A stretch of DNA of 33,801 nucleotides from Chloroflexota bacterium (GTDB lineage Bacteria > Chloroflexota > Limnocylindria > Limnocylindrales > CSP1-4). The notes under the pieces are model-generated. The model saw nothing but the letters and a program-made list of their open reading frames with translations. It searched no databases and was not told where the DNA came from. Shown here one piece after another: positions 1 to 9,309 of this stretch. The stretch spans positions 1-33,801 of the forward strand of contig JANNUK010000352.1 in NCBI GenBank assembly GCA_031395155.1, given 5' to 3'. The number at the start of each line of letters is the position of its first letter. Position 1 is the stretch's first letter. Both the position numbers and the translations under genes were made by a program.

Positions 1-705
1 CAGGTCGCCGCCCGGTCCCACGGTCAGGCACTGGGTGGCGCCAAGGTGTCGCCATTCCGCCTGCCAGTTGCCGTCCGGATCGAAGATCTGGATCCGATGG
101 TTGTGGCGATCGCTGACGAAGACCCGACCGTCGGGCGAGACCGCGACAGAGTGCGGCGTGTCGAACTCTCCCGGTCCGCTGCCACGATGACCCCAGGCGC
201 GGATGAAGCCGCCATCCGGGTCAAGTCGGACGACGCGCGAGTTGCCATAGCCGTCGGAAACGTAGATGGATCCGTCGGCACCGAAGGCCACGTCGGTCGG
301 CGCGTGGAAGGACCGCGCGTCGTCACCGCTCACGTCCGGCGTGCCGAGTTCGAGGAGGACCTCGCCATCGACCGTGGTCTTGAGCACGCGATGCCGGCCG
401 CAGTCGGTCAGCCAGAGGTGGCCCTCGCGATCAAGCCGCATGCCGTGCGGAAGGCCGATATCCGCGTCCCAGCTGGACACCGCATGGGCGTCCTGGTCGA
501 ACAGGACGACGGGGGCGATCGCCGGGCCCCGATGGAAGACCACGATCCGGCCGTCCGCGGCCTGGACGACGGCCGACACGCGACCGAACCAGGCACCCGG
601 TGGCAGCCCGTCCTGGCCCCATCGGCTGTCGGCGATATACCTGAGCGGGGCGCCCGGCGGCGTGCCCCAGATGCCGGGCTGGTCGTCGTCACCCACGAGT
701 CCCAC
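1..705 (-). CDS. NHL-repeat beta-propeller protein, partial (3' end runs off the left edge)
   Basis: Absent from the ORF track because the frame is open to nt 1. Manual minus-strand translation (codons ending at nt 1) gives ...PTDVAFGADGSIYVSDGYGNSRVVRLDPDGGFIRAWGHRGSGPGEFDTPHSVAVSPDGRVFVSDRHNHRIQIFDPDGNWQAEW..., which are repeated NHL-type blades. An in-frame TAG lies upstream at 802-804. There is no ATG; candidate starts are GTG 705 or 696, or TTG 729/723. The listed 46..717 (+) ORF is its antisense shadow. Confidence 0.7.
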   Translation of the reverse strand, partial: MGLVGDDDQPGIWGTPPGAPLRYIADSRWGQDGLPPGAWFGRVSAVVQAADGRIVVFHRGPAIAPVVLFDQDAHAVSSWDADIGLPHGMRLDREGHLWLTDCGRHRVLKTTVDGEVLLELGTPDVSGDDARSFHAPTDVAFGADGSIYVSDGYGNSRVVRLDPDGGFIRAWGHRGSGPGEFDTPHSVAVSPDGRVFVSDRHNHRIQIFDPDGNWQAEWRHLGATQCLTVGPGGDL

Positions 706-815
706 TGTACAGCCTGACGACAATCCCAACCGGTTGTTGTCGCCGTACTGCAGGACGCCGCCTGCGACGATCCCGTCGATTGCGCGGCGCGAACGACGAC
801 GCTAGGGTCGCATCA

Positions 816-1181
816 ATGTCGACGCCCGAGGATGTCGTCCAGCGCCAGCTCGATGCCTTCAACGCCCATGATCTCGACGCGTTCCTTCCGCTCTTCGACG
901 ACGATGTCGTGATCGTCGACCTGGTCGACGGGTCGGAGGTCCTGCGCGGCAGCGAAGCCTTCCGCGATCGTTACGTCGCGGTCTTTCGCGACAGGCCACA
1001 CGTCCACGCTCGCCTCGCCGACCGACTGACGCTTGGCGCGTTCGTGGTCGACCGTGAGCGACTGACCGACGGGGACGACCGGGTGTCCGAGGACGCGCTG
1101 GCGATCTACGAGGTGGTCGATGACGTAGTGACCCGCATGTGGTTCATCGAGCCCCAGCATCGCCGACGTGGTCTCGCCTGA
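816..1181 (+). CDS. SnoaL/NTF2-like (ketosteroid-isomerase-like) small protein
   Basis: From ORF 780..1181. An internal ATG at 816 gives MSTPEDVVQRQLDAFNAHDLDAFLPLFDDDVV..., the typical N-terminal helix of SnoaL-like/NTF2-fold proteins of about 120 aa. The 12 codons upstream begin at a TTG and look like read-in. Confidence 0.6.
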   Translation: MSTPEDVVQRQLDAFNAHDLDAFLPLFDDDVVIVDLVDGSEVLRGSEAFRDRYVAVFRDRPHVHARLADRLTLGAFVVDRERLTDGDDRVSEDALAIYEVVDDVVTRMWFIEPQHRRRGLA

Positions 1182-1271
1182 TCCCGGGTGACCGTCAGGC
1201 TTCCGGGTCCGCCGCCGTCCGCCCACGGGCATGAGGCCCCAATCGAGAAGCGAGAACCTTGAGGCCCGTGG

Positions 1272-2303
1272 TCAACCCAACTCCACAGCGACGGCCGCGC
1301 CGGATCGCGCCGATGCCTCTGCGGCGGTCAGCATCGCGGTGGTCCGCCGGCCCTCGTCGCCGCTCACCAACGGATCGTGCCCGTCGCGGACGGCCGCGAC
1401 GAGGTCCTCGAGCTGGCGGGCATACGCCTGGAGCCTGATCGGGTCGTTGGCGTCCAGCGGATCGAAGGACGGCATCTCCGCGGCGACCTCCCAGCCGTCC
1501 CCGCGGCCGAGCAGGAGCCGTCCGTATGGATCGAGCTGGATGATCCCGGTCGAGCCGATGATGACGAACTCCCACGTCGAGGCGAGGCCGGGCTTCGGCG
1601 TCTCGTAGGTCATCAAGACCTGGACGAGCGCGCCGGATGCCATCTCGTACTGCGCCATGGCACTCTGCCCGACGTCGGGCGGGTTGCCCGAAAAGTTCGT
1701 GATCCGGGCGTAGGCGCGGGCCGGCTCACTGCCGCTGAGCCAGCGGATCAGGTCGCAGCCATGGGCGGACCATGACGCCCAGGCCGTCTGCTGTGCCGGA
1801 TCGAGCTTCCACTCGTCGCCGCGTGCCTTGAGGTCCCACCAGCCCACCTCGGCGCCGGTCAGTCGGACCATACGGACGGAGCCTATCGCGCCCTCCGCGA
1901 TGAGCCGATGAGCGGCCGATGGGGTGTCACGGAAGCGATGCTGCGAGACGACCGAGAGCCGGACGCCGGTCGCTCGGCAGGCATCGACCATCGCCGCACA
2001 CTCGCGGGTGTCCTGCGCCATCGGCTTCTCGACGAGCACGTGCTTGCCGGCTGCGGCGGCGGCCAGGGTCTGGGCGAGGTGGACTGCCGGCGGGGATGCC
2101 AGGATCACCATGTCGACGTCAGCGCGGGGGATCAGCGTCTCGGGCGACGACTCGAGCTCGACCCCGTAGTCCGCGGCGAGCGCAGCCGCCCGACCCCCAC
2201 CGGCGACCGCGACAAGGGTCGTCCCCTCGGCATGGTGCGCGGCAACCGCGGACCACGTGCGGCCCATGAACCCGGATCCGACGACCCCGATGCGAATGGT
2301 CAT
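1272..2303 (-). CDS. Gfo/Idh/MocA family NAD(P)-dependent oxidoreductase (paralog 1)
   Basis: From ORF 1272..2333. The ATG at 2303 gives MTIRIGVVGSGFMGRTW (N-terminal Rossmann GxGxxG) and HVLVEKPMA (the EKP motif of the family). Its ATG overlaps the stop of the upstream gene (ATGA at 2303-2300). It is a clear paralog of 9310..10338. Confidence 0.85.
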   Translation of the reverse strand: MTIRIGVVGSGFMGRTWSAVAAHHAEGTTLVAVAGGGRAAALAADYGVELESSPETLIPRADVDMVILASPPAVHLAQTLAAAAAGKHVLVEKPMAQDTRECAAMVDACRATGVRLSVVSQHRFRDTPSAAHRLIAEGAIGSVRMVRLTGAEVGWWDLKARGDEWKLDPAQQTAWASWSAHGCDLIRWLSGSEPARAYARITNFSGNPPDVGQSAMAQYEMASGALVQVLMTYETPKPGLASTWEFVIIGSTGIIQLDPYGRLLLGRGDGWEVAAEMPSFDPLDANDPIRLQAYARQLEDLVAAVRDGHDPLVSGDEGRRTTAMLTAAEASARSGAAVAVELG

Positions 2304-3283
2304 GTCAGTGGCTCCTTGACGTGGTCGAAGCAATCGATGCCGGCGCTGCGCACGTCGTCGATGAGCTCATAGACGCCCTCGTCCGAGTCGACCAGGCCCG
2401 GTACGCCGCAGATGATCCGATCGAGGCCGAGCTCGACCCAGTGCGCGAACTCCTCGGATCGGCTGGTCAAGGTGCTGAAGTCGGCCGACATGATCGCCGG
2501 CACATCCTCCTGGCGCATCATCCGCTGGCGGCCGATGGTCTTCAGCCCGGGGTACGGCCAGGCCGGGTTGGTGCCGCCCACGATCATCAGGCTCGCGGGG
2601 TCGCGGCCGATCTCCTCGCACCGCCCGCGGACCGCGGCGATGGCGTCAGCCATCTCGTCGGGCGCGGCGTCGATGTTGACCTCATCGCAGTACCGGGCGG
2701 CGAGCCGGAACGTGACGTTGCGCCCGTGCCCACCGATAGCCAACCTGACGTGATCGCCGCCGCCCGTGCGCGGCGAGTTGGCCACATCCTCGACACGAGC
2801 GCGCTCGCCGACGAACGTAAAGGGCGGCTCGTCCCGCCGGGTCATCCGGCTGATGATCTCCAAGTGCTCGGACAGGATCGCCATCCGCTCCTTGAGCGCA
2901 GGGAAGGGTTGGCCAAACGCACGTGCCTCGTTCTCCTTGAAGCCGGCCCCGAGTCCGAGGATCAGCCGGCCGCCGCTGATGGTGTCGAGGGTCGACGCCA
3001 TCTTTGCCGTCATCGCCGGATTGCGAAACGTGGAATTGATGACGCCGAACCCGATGTCGACACGCGGGACGGCCGCCGCGATCGCCGTGTGGAGCGTCAC
3101 GCCATCGAAGGAGAATCCCTCGGGGTCCCACTTGGCCAGGACATGCTCGCCCGCCCACAGCGAATCGAAGCCGAGCCGCTCACCGAGCCTGGCGACCGTG
3201 AGGATCCGCTCCCAGGCCGCCGCGGCCGTCCAGCCCTCGAACTCGTTGAAATAGCCCTGCGGCAACAAGAGGCCGATCTTCAT
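2300..3283 (-). CDS. Luciferase-like monooxygenase (LLM) family oxidoreductase, probably F420- or flavin-dependent
   Basis: From ORF 2300..3349. The ATG at 3283 (MKIGLLLPQGYF...) is preceded by GAGGAAG. Family-typical strings are LWAGEHV, GGRLILGLGAG and RLAIGGHG. It is translationally coupled to the downstream Gfo gene. Confidence 0.8.
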   Translation of the reverse strand: MKIGLLLPQGYFNEFEGWTAAAAWERILTVARLGERLGFDSLWAGEHVLAKWDPEGFSFDGVTLHTAIAAAVPRVDIGFGVINSTFRNPAMTAKMASTLDTISGGRLILGLGAGFKENEARAFGQPFPALKERMAILSEHLEIISRMTRRDEPPFTFVGERARVEDVANSPRTGGGDHVRLAIGGHGRNVTFRLAARYCDEVNIDAAPDEMADAIAAVRGRCEEIGRDPASLMIVGGTNPAWPYPGLKTIGRQRMMRQEDVPAIMSADFSTLTSRSEEFAHWVELGLDRIICGVPGLVDSDEGVYELIDDVRSAGIDCFDHVKEPLT

Positions 3284-3437
3284 GGAGCGCTTCCTCGGTG
3301 GCCATGCCGGCCATCTGCCGTCCGTCACCGGGAATGGTATTACACTCAAACTGCAACATTACTGGCGGAGTGCACCACCCTGATCCCACCGTCCTCACCG
3401 CCTCGCCTGCTGCCTCATGGCGTCACCGGGAGCGCAG

Positions 3438-5075
3438 ATGCATGACCTCCTGATTCGCGGTGGCTCGGTCGTCGATGGGACTGGGGCACCTGCGAGACGA
3501 TCGGATGTCGTCGTCGACGGTTCGCGGATCGTGGCGGTCGGGCCGGGCGCCTCGGACGGATCGACGAGGCGCGTCCTCGATGCTGACGGTCTCGTGGTGG
3601 CGCCCGGTTTCATCGACATGCACTCACACGCCGACTTCACGCTGCCGTTCTATCCGGGAGCACGTAACTCGCTCGGCCAGGGCGTGACGACGGAGGTGCT
3701 CGGCAACTGCGGGTATTCGCCGGCGCCGGTTGCGACCGACGCGGGCCGCGCCGACGAACAGCGCGCGGCCTGTCACGGGCTAGGGCCTGGACTGGCGTGG
3801 GATTGGCACTCATTCGGCGAATTCCTCGACCGGCTCGATGCGGCGCGACCGGCCGTGAACTGTGTCCAGCTTGTCGGCCACGGCATGCTGCGGCTGGCGG
3901 TCGTGGGCGCCGATCAGCGGGCGGCGACCGACCCGGAATTGGCTGCCATGCAGGCGAAGGCAGCCGACGCGCTCGCCGCTGGCGCGTGGGGGATGAGCAC
4001 CGGCTTGGTCTACCCGCCCGGCGCGTTCGCCTCGACGGACGAGATCGTACGAGTGGGGCAGGCGCTCCAGCCTCTGGACGGGCTGTATGCGAGTCACATC
4101 CGCGATGAGACCGACGGGTTGGCCGATGCGCTATCGGAGGCCGTGCGGATCGGCCAGCGGCTCGGCGTCCGGGTCCAGGTCTCGCACCTGAAGGCCGCCG
4201 GTCGCTCGAACCACGGACGCGCCGCCGAGGCGCTGTCCATCCTGCGCGCGGCGCGAACGGCCGGCGTTCGCGTGACGCAGGATGCCTATCCGTACACGGC
4301 CGGCAGCACCCTCCTGACCCAGCTGCTCCCGCCCTGGGTCCACGACGGCGGGACGGACGAGCTGGTGGCCCGCCTGGGCTCCGCGGATATCCGGGCACGA
4401 ATCGCCGACGATATTCGCGACGGCCTCCCGGGCTGGCCCAACTACAGCCAGTCGAGCGGCGGGCCGGATTCCATCAGGATCGCGGCGGTCGCCCGGCCGT
4501 CGCTCGCTGGGCTGGAGGGCCTGACGCTGACCAGGGCCGCGGCGATAGCCGGCACGGACACACTGACCGTCGTGCTCGACACGATCGTCGCCGACCGTGG
4601 GGCGACCACCATGATCGTCTCGCTCATGGACGAGGCGGATGTCGACGCGATCCTGGACGATCCACATACGGCGATCGGCTCCGATCAGCTGGGCGTCACC
4701 TCGCCGGACGCCCGCGTGCATCCTCGAGCCTATGGGTCGTTCGTCAGGGTGCTGGGGCGATACGTTCGGGATCGTGGCCGGCTCGACCTCGCCGCGGCGA
4801 TCCACCGGATGACCGGTTTCCCGGCCGACATCCTTGGTTTGTCCGACCGGGGACGAATCACGGCGGGCGCAATCGCCGATCTCGTCGTTTTCGACCCCGA
4901 CAGGGTGGCCGACCTGTCCACCTACGAGGCGCCGAACCTGTCACCGGTCGGCGTCGAGGCCGTCCTGCTGGGCGGGCGATTCGCTTTCGATCGAGGCGAG
5001 GCGGTGGACGTGCGTCTGGGCCGCGTCCTGCGACGGACCCTCAGTGGACCCCGCCGGCCGCGTCGATCGGAATGA
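3438..5075 (+). CDS. N-acyl-D-amino-acid deacylase (D-aminoacylase) family amidohydrolase
   Basis: From ORF 3417..5075. The ATG at 3438 is preceded by GGGAG with a 5-nt spacer. It begins MHDLLIRGGSVVDGTG...VVAPGFIDMHSHADF...GVTTEVLGNCG, the hallmark N-terminal beta-sandwich plus HxH metal motif of D-aminoacylases. Confidence 0.85.
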   Translation: MHDLLIRGGSVVDGTGAPARRSDVVVDGSRIVAVGPGASDGSTRRVLDADGLVVAPGFIDMHSHADFTLPFYPGARNSLGQGVTTEVLGNCGYSPAPVATDAGRADEQRAACHGLGPGLAWDWHSFGEFLDRLDAARPAVNCVQLVGHGMLRLAVVGADQRAATDPELAAMQAKAADALAAGAWGMSTGLVYPPGAFASTDEIVRVGQALQPLDGLYASHIRDETDGLADALSEAVRIGQRLGVRVQVSHLKAAGRSNHGRAAEALSILRAARTAGVRVTQDAYPYTAGSTLLTQLLPPWVHDGGTDELVARLGSADIRARIADDIRDGLPGWPNYSQSSGGPDSIRIAAVARPSLAGLEGLTLTRAAAIAGTDTLTVVLDTIVADRGATTMIVSLMDEADVDAILDDPHTAIGSDQLGVTSPDARVHPRAYGSFVRVLGRYVRDRGRLDLAAAIHRMTGFPADILGLSDRGRITAGAIADLVVFDPDRVADLSTYEAPNLSPVGVEAVLLGGRFAFDRGEAVDVRLGRVLRRTLSGPRRPRRSE

Positions 5076-6222
5076 CCTCGACCACCGCCTGCCCGCGCAG
5101 CCCGAAGAACCGGCGAGCGAGGTTCGAGACCGAACAGACATGGTTCGGGACGACCCGGATCCGGTCGCCGATCGCGATTGGTGAGTCGGCCGGGATGTCC
5201 AGGACGCCATGTTCTTCCGACAGACGGACGAGGGAGCCCTGCGCGTCGATCAATCGCCCGAACTCCTTGAGCAGGCTGCTCGAGTGTGCGCCTCGGTCCA
5301 GCCCGAAGGTCTTCGATCCGGCATCGATCACAGCGCGGTCGGGCGCCGGCCTGCTCACGACGGTCGTCGCGATCGACAGCGCGCAGTGATCGCTGGTCGT
5401 CGTGCCGAGCGCCACCTGGAGGTCGTCGTAGAAGACGTACGTCCCGGGTCGGAACTCGGTCAACCCAGTGGCGCTGTCCAGGAATCGTGCTGTCGGCGTG
5501 GATCCGGCACTGACGGTGGGGACAGGGATCCCGATCGCGCGCGTGGCGAGAGCGGCGTCCACGACCGATCGGGTCTCTGTGGCGGCGATCGCCTCGACTT
5601 CACCCGCGTCGCGCGCGCCATACGACTGTCCCGCGTGGGTGAACATCCCGGTCAACCGAAGCCCATCGAAGTCTGCCACCGCGCGCGCCAGCTCGGGCGC
5701 TTCGGCGGGCAGGACCCCGCAGCGCATGAGGCCGCTATCGATCTCGATCCACACATCGATCGCGATCCCGGCTGCCGACGCGGCAGCGGAGATCCGCGCC
5801 GCGCCGACGGCACTGTCGACGGCGAGCGTGAGCGGCGTCCTCGCAGCCAACCGCATGGCGCGATCCAGCTTGGGTGCTGCCACGATCTGGAAGGCGAGGA
5901 GGATCGGGGCTCTGACCCCGGCGGCGACGAGCGCCTCCGCCTCGTCGAGCTTGGCCACGGTGATCCCGACGGCTCCCGCGACGAGCTGGCGGTTTGCGAT
6001 GGCCGTGGACTTGTGAGTCTTGAAATGCGGCCGAAGCGCGAGACCCACCCGGCGTCCGTGGTCGGCCATCGAGGCGATATTCTCGTCCATCCGATCGAGA
6101 TCCACGAGCAGCGCCGGCGTGTCGAGCTGGGTCCAGTCCCGCACCTCGAAACCGGCCGATCCGTCGGACGCGCCTGACACCTCCGGCTCATCCCCGGCCA
6201 CTTGTAGTGTGGCTTCGTTCAT
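5041..6222 (-). CDS. DSD1-like / D-threonine-aldolase-like PLP enzyme (alanine racemase N-terminal fold)
   Basis: 393-aa ORF whose ATG at 6222 is preceded by GAAGG. LRPHFKTHKS contains the PLP-lysine motif of the D-serine dehydratase (DSD1)/D-TA family. The C-terminal part is ...GDRIRVVPNHVC. Its 3' end overlaps the convergent D-aminoacylase by 35 nt. Confidence 0.75.
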   Translation of the reverse strand: MNEATLQVAGDEPEVSGASDGSAGFEVRDWTQLDTPALLVDLDRMDENIASMADHGRRVGLALRPHFKTHKSTAIANRQLVAGAVGITVAKLDEAEALVAAGVRAPILLAFQIVAAPKLDRAMRLAARTPLTLAVDSAVGAARISAAASAAGIAIDVWIEIDSGLMRCGVLPAEAPELARAVADFDGLRLTGMFTHAGQSYGARDAGEVEAIAATETRSVVDAALATRAIGIPVPTVSAGSTPTARFLDSATGLTEFRPGTYVFYDDLQVALGTTTSDHCALSIATTVVSRPAPDRAVIDAGSKTFGLDRGAHSSSLLKEFGRLIDAQGSLVRLSEEHGVLDIPADSPIAIGDRIRVVPNHVCSVSNLARRFFGLRGQAVVEVIPIDAAGGVH

Positions 6223-6305
6223 GCCTTCATGGTACAGCCACGCTGTTGCCCATGCGTCCGGAAACGTGACCGGCGCCGGCCCAGGTCCCCCGAGGGACGG
6301 GCCCG

Positions 6306-6917
6306 TCAGAACGTGGGCGGGCTGATGATGATGAGGACCTCCGCCTCGGCGTCGGAGCGATTCATGAACCGATGCGGGAGCGCGCGATGGATCTTGATGC
6401 TGTCCCCGGCCTCGAGGTCATAGAGCTGGCCGGCGACCTCGGCGACGACGTCGCCGCGGAGGACCACCGTGCACTCCTCGCCCGGGTGGCTATTGGGTGC
6501 CGCTCCGGTCGAGCCGCCAGGGGCGATGGTCAGCGACAGGACCTCGAATTCGCCGGACGTGTCGGCCGAGACCAACTCGTATTCCAGCGCTCGATCGACG
6601 AAGGTCAGCTTCGTTCGTCGATCGCGACGGACGACGATCTCGCGCTGCCCGGTCCCGATCAGGAACTGGAACATCGGGACGTCGAAGGCCTGGCTGATCC
6701 GGCGCAGCGAGCTGATCGATGGATCCGAAGCGCCCCGCTCGATCTGGCTCACGGCGCTCACGGTCAGGTTGACCTGCGTGGCCAGTTGAGCGAGCGTGAG
6801 ACCGCGTCGCAGACGCTCGCGCCGAATCCCCTCACCGATGGTCTCCGTATCGCGGCCGCGTTCGCCATCGGTGGCCGCGCCGGAGACTTCGGCCGAAATA
6901 TCGAGCGAGTCCGTCAT
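6306..6917 (-). CDS. XRE-family HTH transcriptional regulator with C-terminal cupin domain
   Basis: From ORF 6306..7037. The ATG at 6917 is preceded by GGAGGG. LTLAQLATQVNLTVSAVSQIERGASDPSISSLRRISQAF is an HTH_3 domain. The C-terminal ...HPGEECTVVLRGDVVAEVAGQLYDLEAGDSIKI...PHRF is cupin-like. It is the only regulator visible in the window. Confidence 0.85.
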   Translation of the reverse strand: MTDSLDISAEVSGAATDGERGRDTETIGEGIRRERLRRGLTLAQLATQVNLTVSAVSQIERGASDPSISSLRRISQAFDVPMFQFLIGTGQREIVVRRDRRTKLTFVDRALEYELVSADTSGEFEVLSLTIAPGGSTGAAPNSHPGEECTVVLRGDVVAEVAGQLYDLEAGDSIKIHRALPHRFMNRSDAEAEVLIIISPPTF

Positions 6918-7242
6918 CCTTGAGCCCTCCCCACATCCAACGCCACCGACCGGATCTGGGTCATCGCGTCGGAGGGTGCTGCTCCAGGGGTTTCGATCAT
7001 GTCGGTCGGTGAAACCACACTGTGCACTCGCTGGCATACTAAACCTGTACGCGATATCCGGTCAACGAGACTCACTCGACCGGAGGCGGCCGACGGGATC
7101 GGTGATCCTGCTCGACACGGAGGCGCTTGGTGTCGAATCGAACGGGTCGGGGGACAGGGTGCGCTCGCGCCAGGAGGGCCCGCCCAAGGCCACTCCGTGT
7201 CGTCGCCTCTGTGGCCGATGCCGCCCAGCTGTTCGTGGCGCG

Positions 7243-8340
7243 ATGAACCGCCGGGTCGCGGTCGTCGGGCTCAGCTGGATCTCGGCGGACGTCGCCGGTG
7301 AGGGCTCTGATCCAACGCTCGGAACGGCGATTCCGTACAGCCATGCGTCGGCCATCGCCGCGATCCCGGGCCTGGAGATCGTGGCGGGCTGCGACATCTC
7401 GGAGACGGCCCGTACCGTGTTTCATGACCGGTGGTCAACGCGCTGGCCGGATCTTCACATCTACAGCGACTTTCGCGAGATGCTGCAGACCGAGCGGCCC
7501 GAGATCGTCGCGGTCGTGACGCCGGACCATCTCCACGCGGCAGTCGTCGAGGCGGCCGTCGAGGCCGGTGTTCGCGGCATTTTCTGCGAGAAGCCGCTGG
7601 CCACAACGCTCCAGGAGGCCGATGCCATCATCGCCGCAGTTCGTGGCGCGGGCGTGACGATGAACGTCAATTACACGCGGCGCTGGTACCCCGAGTTCGT
7701 GGAAGCCAGGCGGCTCGTCCGGGCCGGGGCGCTTGGGCCGCTCTCGCAGATCGTGGTCCAGATGGGCGGCCCGAGGTCCATGCTCTTCCGCAACCACACG
7801 CACGCCATCGACCTGATGAACTTCCTCGCCGACGCCGACCCGGTGTGGGTGTGGGCGGAGCTCGAGCCGGGGTTCGAGGGGTATGGCACGGCCTACGCCG
7901 GCGACGGAGGCAACGACCCGGCGAGCGAGCCCGGCGCGAACTATTACATCGTCTATGCCAACGGCGTCCGTGCCTATCTCACCGGGATGAAGGACACCGT
8001 CGGTCTCGACACCAACGTCACGCTCACCGGGCTTGAGGGGCGCGTGATCGTCGATCTCGAAGGAATCCGTCTCCATTCCGTGCATCACGAGAACATCCGG
8101 ACCAAGCCCGGCGTCACGACCATCCAGCGGATCTTGCCGCGCTGGACCGTGGCGGGCATGCAGGCGGCGGTCCTCGATCTGGTCACGGCCATGGATGAGG
8201 GTCGAGATCCGGCCAGTCCACCCGAAGCCGCCCGCGCCACGGTCGCCATCACCCAGGCGATCCTCGAATCGCAGGCGCGTGGCAACGTCAAGGTCATGCT
8301 CTCGGAGTTCGCCCCAGTCGATCCTCGACCCGCCCGCTGA
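7243..8340 (+). CDS. Gfo/Idh/MocA family oxidoreductase (paralog 2, divergent)
   Basis: From ORF 6796..8340. The in-frame ATG at 7243 gives MNRRVAVVGLSWIS (Rossmann N-terminus) and GIFCEKPLA (EKP motif). The 149 upstream codons are R/S/P-rich read-in across the intergenic region. Confidence 0.8.
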   Translation: MNRRVAVVGLSWISADVAGEGSDPTLGTAIPYSHASAIAAIPGLEIVAGCDISETARTVFHDRWSTRWPDLHIYSDFREMLQTERPEIVAVVTPDHLHAAVVEAAVEAGVRGIFCEKPLATTLQEADAIIAAVRGAGVTMNVNYTRRWYPEFVEARRLVRAGALGPLSQIVVQMGGPRSMLFRNHTHAIDLMNFLADADPVWVWAELEPGFEGYGTAYAGDGGNDPASEPGANYYIVYANGVRAYLTGMKDTVGLDTNVTLTGLEGRVIVDLEGIRLHSVHHENIRTKPGVTTIQRILPRWTVAGMQAAVLDLVTAMDEGRDPASPPEAARATVAITQAILESQARGNVKVMLSEFAPVDPRPAR

Positions 8341-8383
8341 CACGTCCACCGAACCCCCAACAACGAGATCGGAGGCCTACACC

Positions 8384-9307
8384 ATGCGACTTGCCAGCTA
8401 TCGTGGTCCGAACGGCGCCCCGCGCACCGCCGCCGTCGTCGGCGCCCCCGGCGAGGAGCGCATCCTCGACCTGGTCGACGGTTCGGGAGGCCGCTTGCCG
8501 ACGGGCGACCTGTTGGCGTTCCTCGAAGCCGGGCCCGATGCTCTCGCCGTGGCGCGCGAGATCGAGGCGCGCGGTGATGCCGGGACTCCCGTGAGCTCGG
8601 TTCAGCTGCTCGCCCCGATCCGGCGTCCGGGAAAGGTGCTGGCAGTTGCCGGCAACTTCCAGGCCCACATCGAGGAAGGTGGCGGCAAGCGCGTCGACAA
8701 GACGAAGATCGTCCCGAAGCTGTTCATCAAGCCGTCGTCGGCCATCATCGGACCGGGCGAGGCCGTCGCTCTGCCAAGCGTCTCGAATGCCCTCGACTGG
8801 GAACTTGAGCTGGCCATCGTCATCGGGACGCCCGGTCGCGACATCCCGGTCGCGAAGGCCCGCGAGCACATCGCCGGGTACGCGGTGATCAACGACATCT
8901 CGGCACGAGCGATGCAGTGGGGCGTGGATGGGCGGGAACCGGGCGGGTTCGACGACTTCTTCGATTGGCTCAACGGCAAGTGGGGCGATGGGTTCGCGGC
9001 CTGGGGCCCGTGGATCACCACGACCGACTCGGTGGAGCCCGACCCGAACGCGTTGGAGATGACGCTCAAGGTCAACGACAAGGTCTGGCAACACGGCTCG
9101 ACGTCGGACATGATCTTCAGCCCCGAGGAGATCATCGCCTTCGCCTCGCGATTCATGACCCTCGAGCCCGGGGACGTCATCGCCGGCGGGACCCTCGATG
9201 GGACCGGCGACGCTGCGGGCACCTACCTGAAGGCCGGCGACATCATGGACGGGTCGATCGGCGGGCTCGGGACGCTGTTGACGCCGGTCGTCGCGGCGCG
9301 CGTCTGA
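8384..9307 (+). CDS. Fumarylacetoacetate hydrolase (FAH) family protein
   Basis: From ORF 8195..9307. The ATG at 8384 is preceded by GGAGG (8371-8375). ...KVLAVAGNFQAHIEE...KLFIKPSSAIIGPGEAVALP...DWELELAIVIG...AGYAVINDISAR... is the typical FAH/HpcE-like C-terminal domain. Confidence 0.85.
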   Translation: MRLASYRGPNGAPRTAAVVGAPGEERILDLVDGSGGRLPTGDLLAFLEAGPDALAVAREIEARGDAGTPVSSVQLLAPIRRPGKVLAVAGNFQAHIEEGGGKRVDKTKIVPKLFIKPSSAIIGPGEAVALPSVSNALDWELELAIVIGTPGRDIPVAKAREHIAGYAVINDISARAMQWGVDGREPGGFDDFFDWLNGKWGDGFAAWGPWITTTDSVEPDPNALEMTLKVNDKVWQHGSTSDMIFSPEEIIAFASRFMTLEPGDVIAGGTLDGTGDAAGTYLKAGDIMDGSIGGLGTLLTPVVAARV

Positions 9308-9309
9308 CG

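Noticed and set aside
713-745. GACGACAATCCCAACCGGTTGTTGTCG near the NHL gene start as a seventh operator.
   Set aside because: The half-sites are in the opposite (ACAA...TTGT) orientation with a 12-nt spacer and imperfect arms, so it does not fit the motif. It may also lie inside the NHL coding region if the TTG at 729 is the start.
5041-5075. Two convergent gene pairs that each overlap by exactly 35 nt (5041-5075 and 16895-16929), as a possible antisense regulatory design.
   Set aside because: In both cases the overlap is explained by R/P-rich C-terminal tails of the plus-strand ORFs (..LSGPRRPRRSE, ..VSGRARGTAPG), which probably reflect late stop codons. There is no shared sequence between the two overlaps, and the equal length looks coincidental.
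6796-7242. 5' extensions of the longest ORFs: 6796-7242, 8195-8383, 8917-9309, 15382-16305, 20470-20823, 20423-20584, 29562-29615 and 33417-33701.
   Set aside because: The extensions run through upstream genes or intergenic operators and are compositionally odd. They also place the Rossmann or signal-peptide N-termini far inside the protein. Internal ATG/GTG codons with Shine-Dalgarno sequences or stop/start overlaps give family-typical N-termini.
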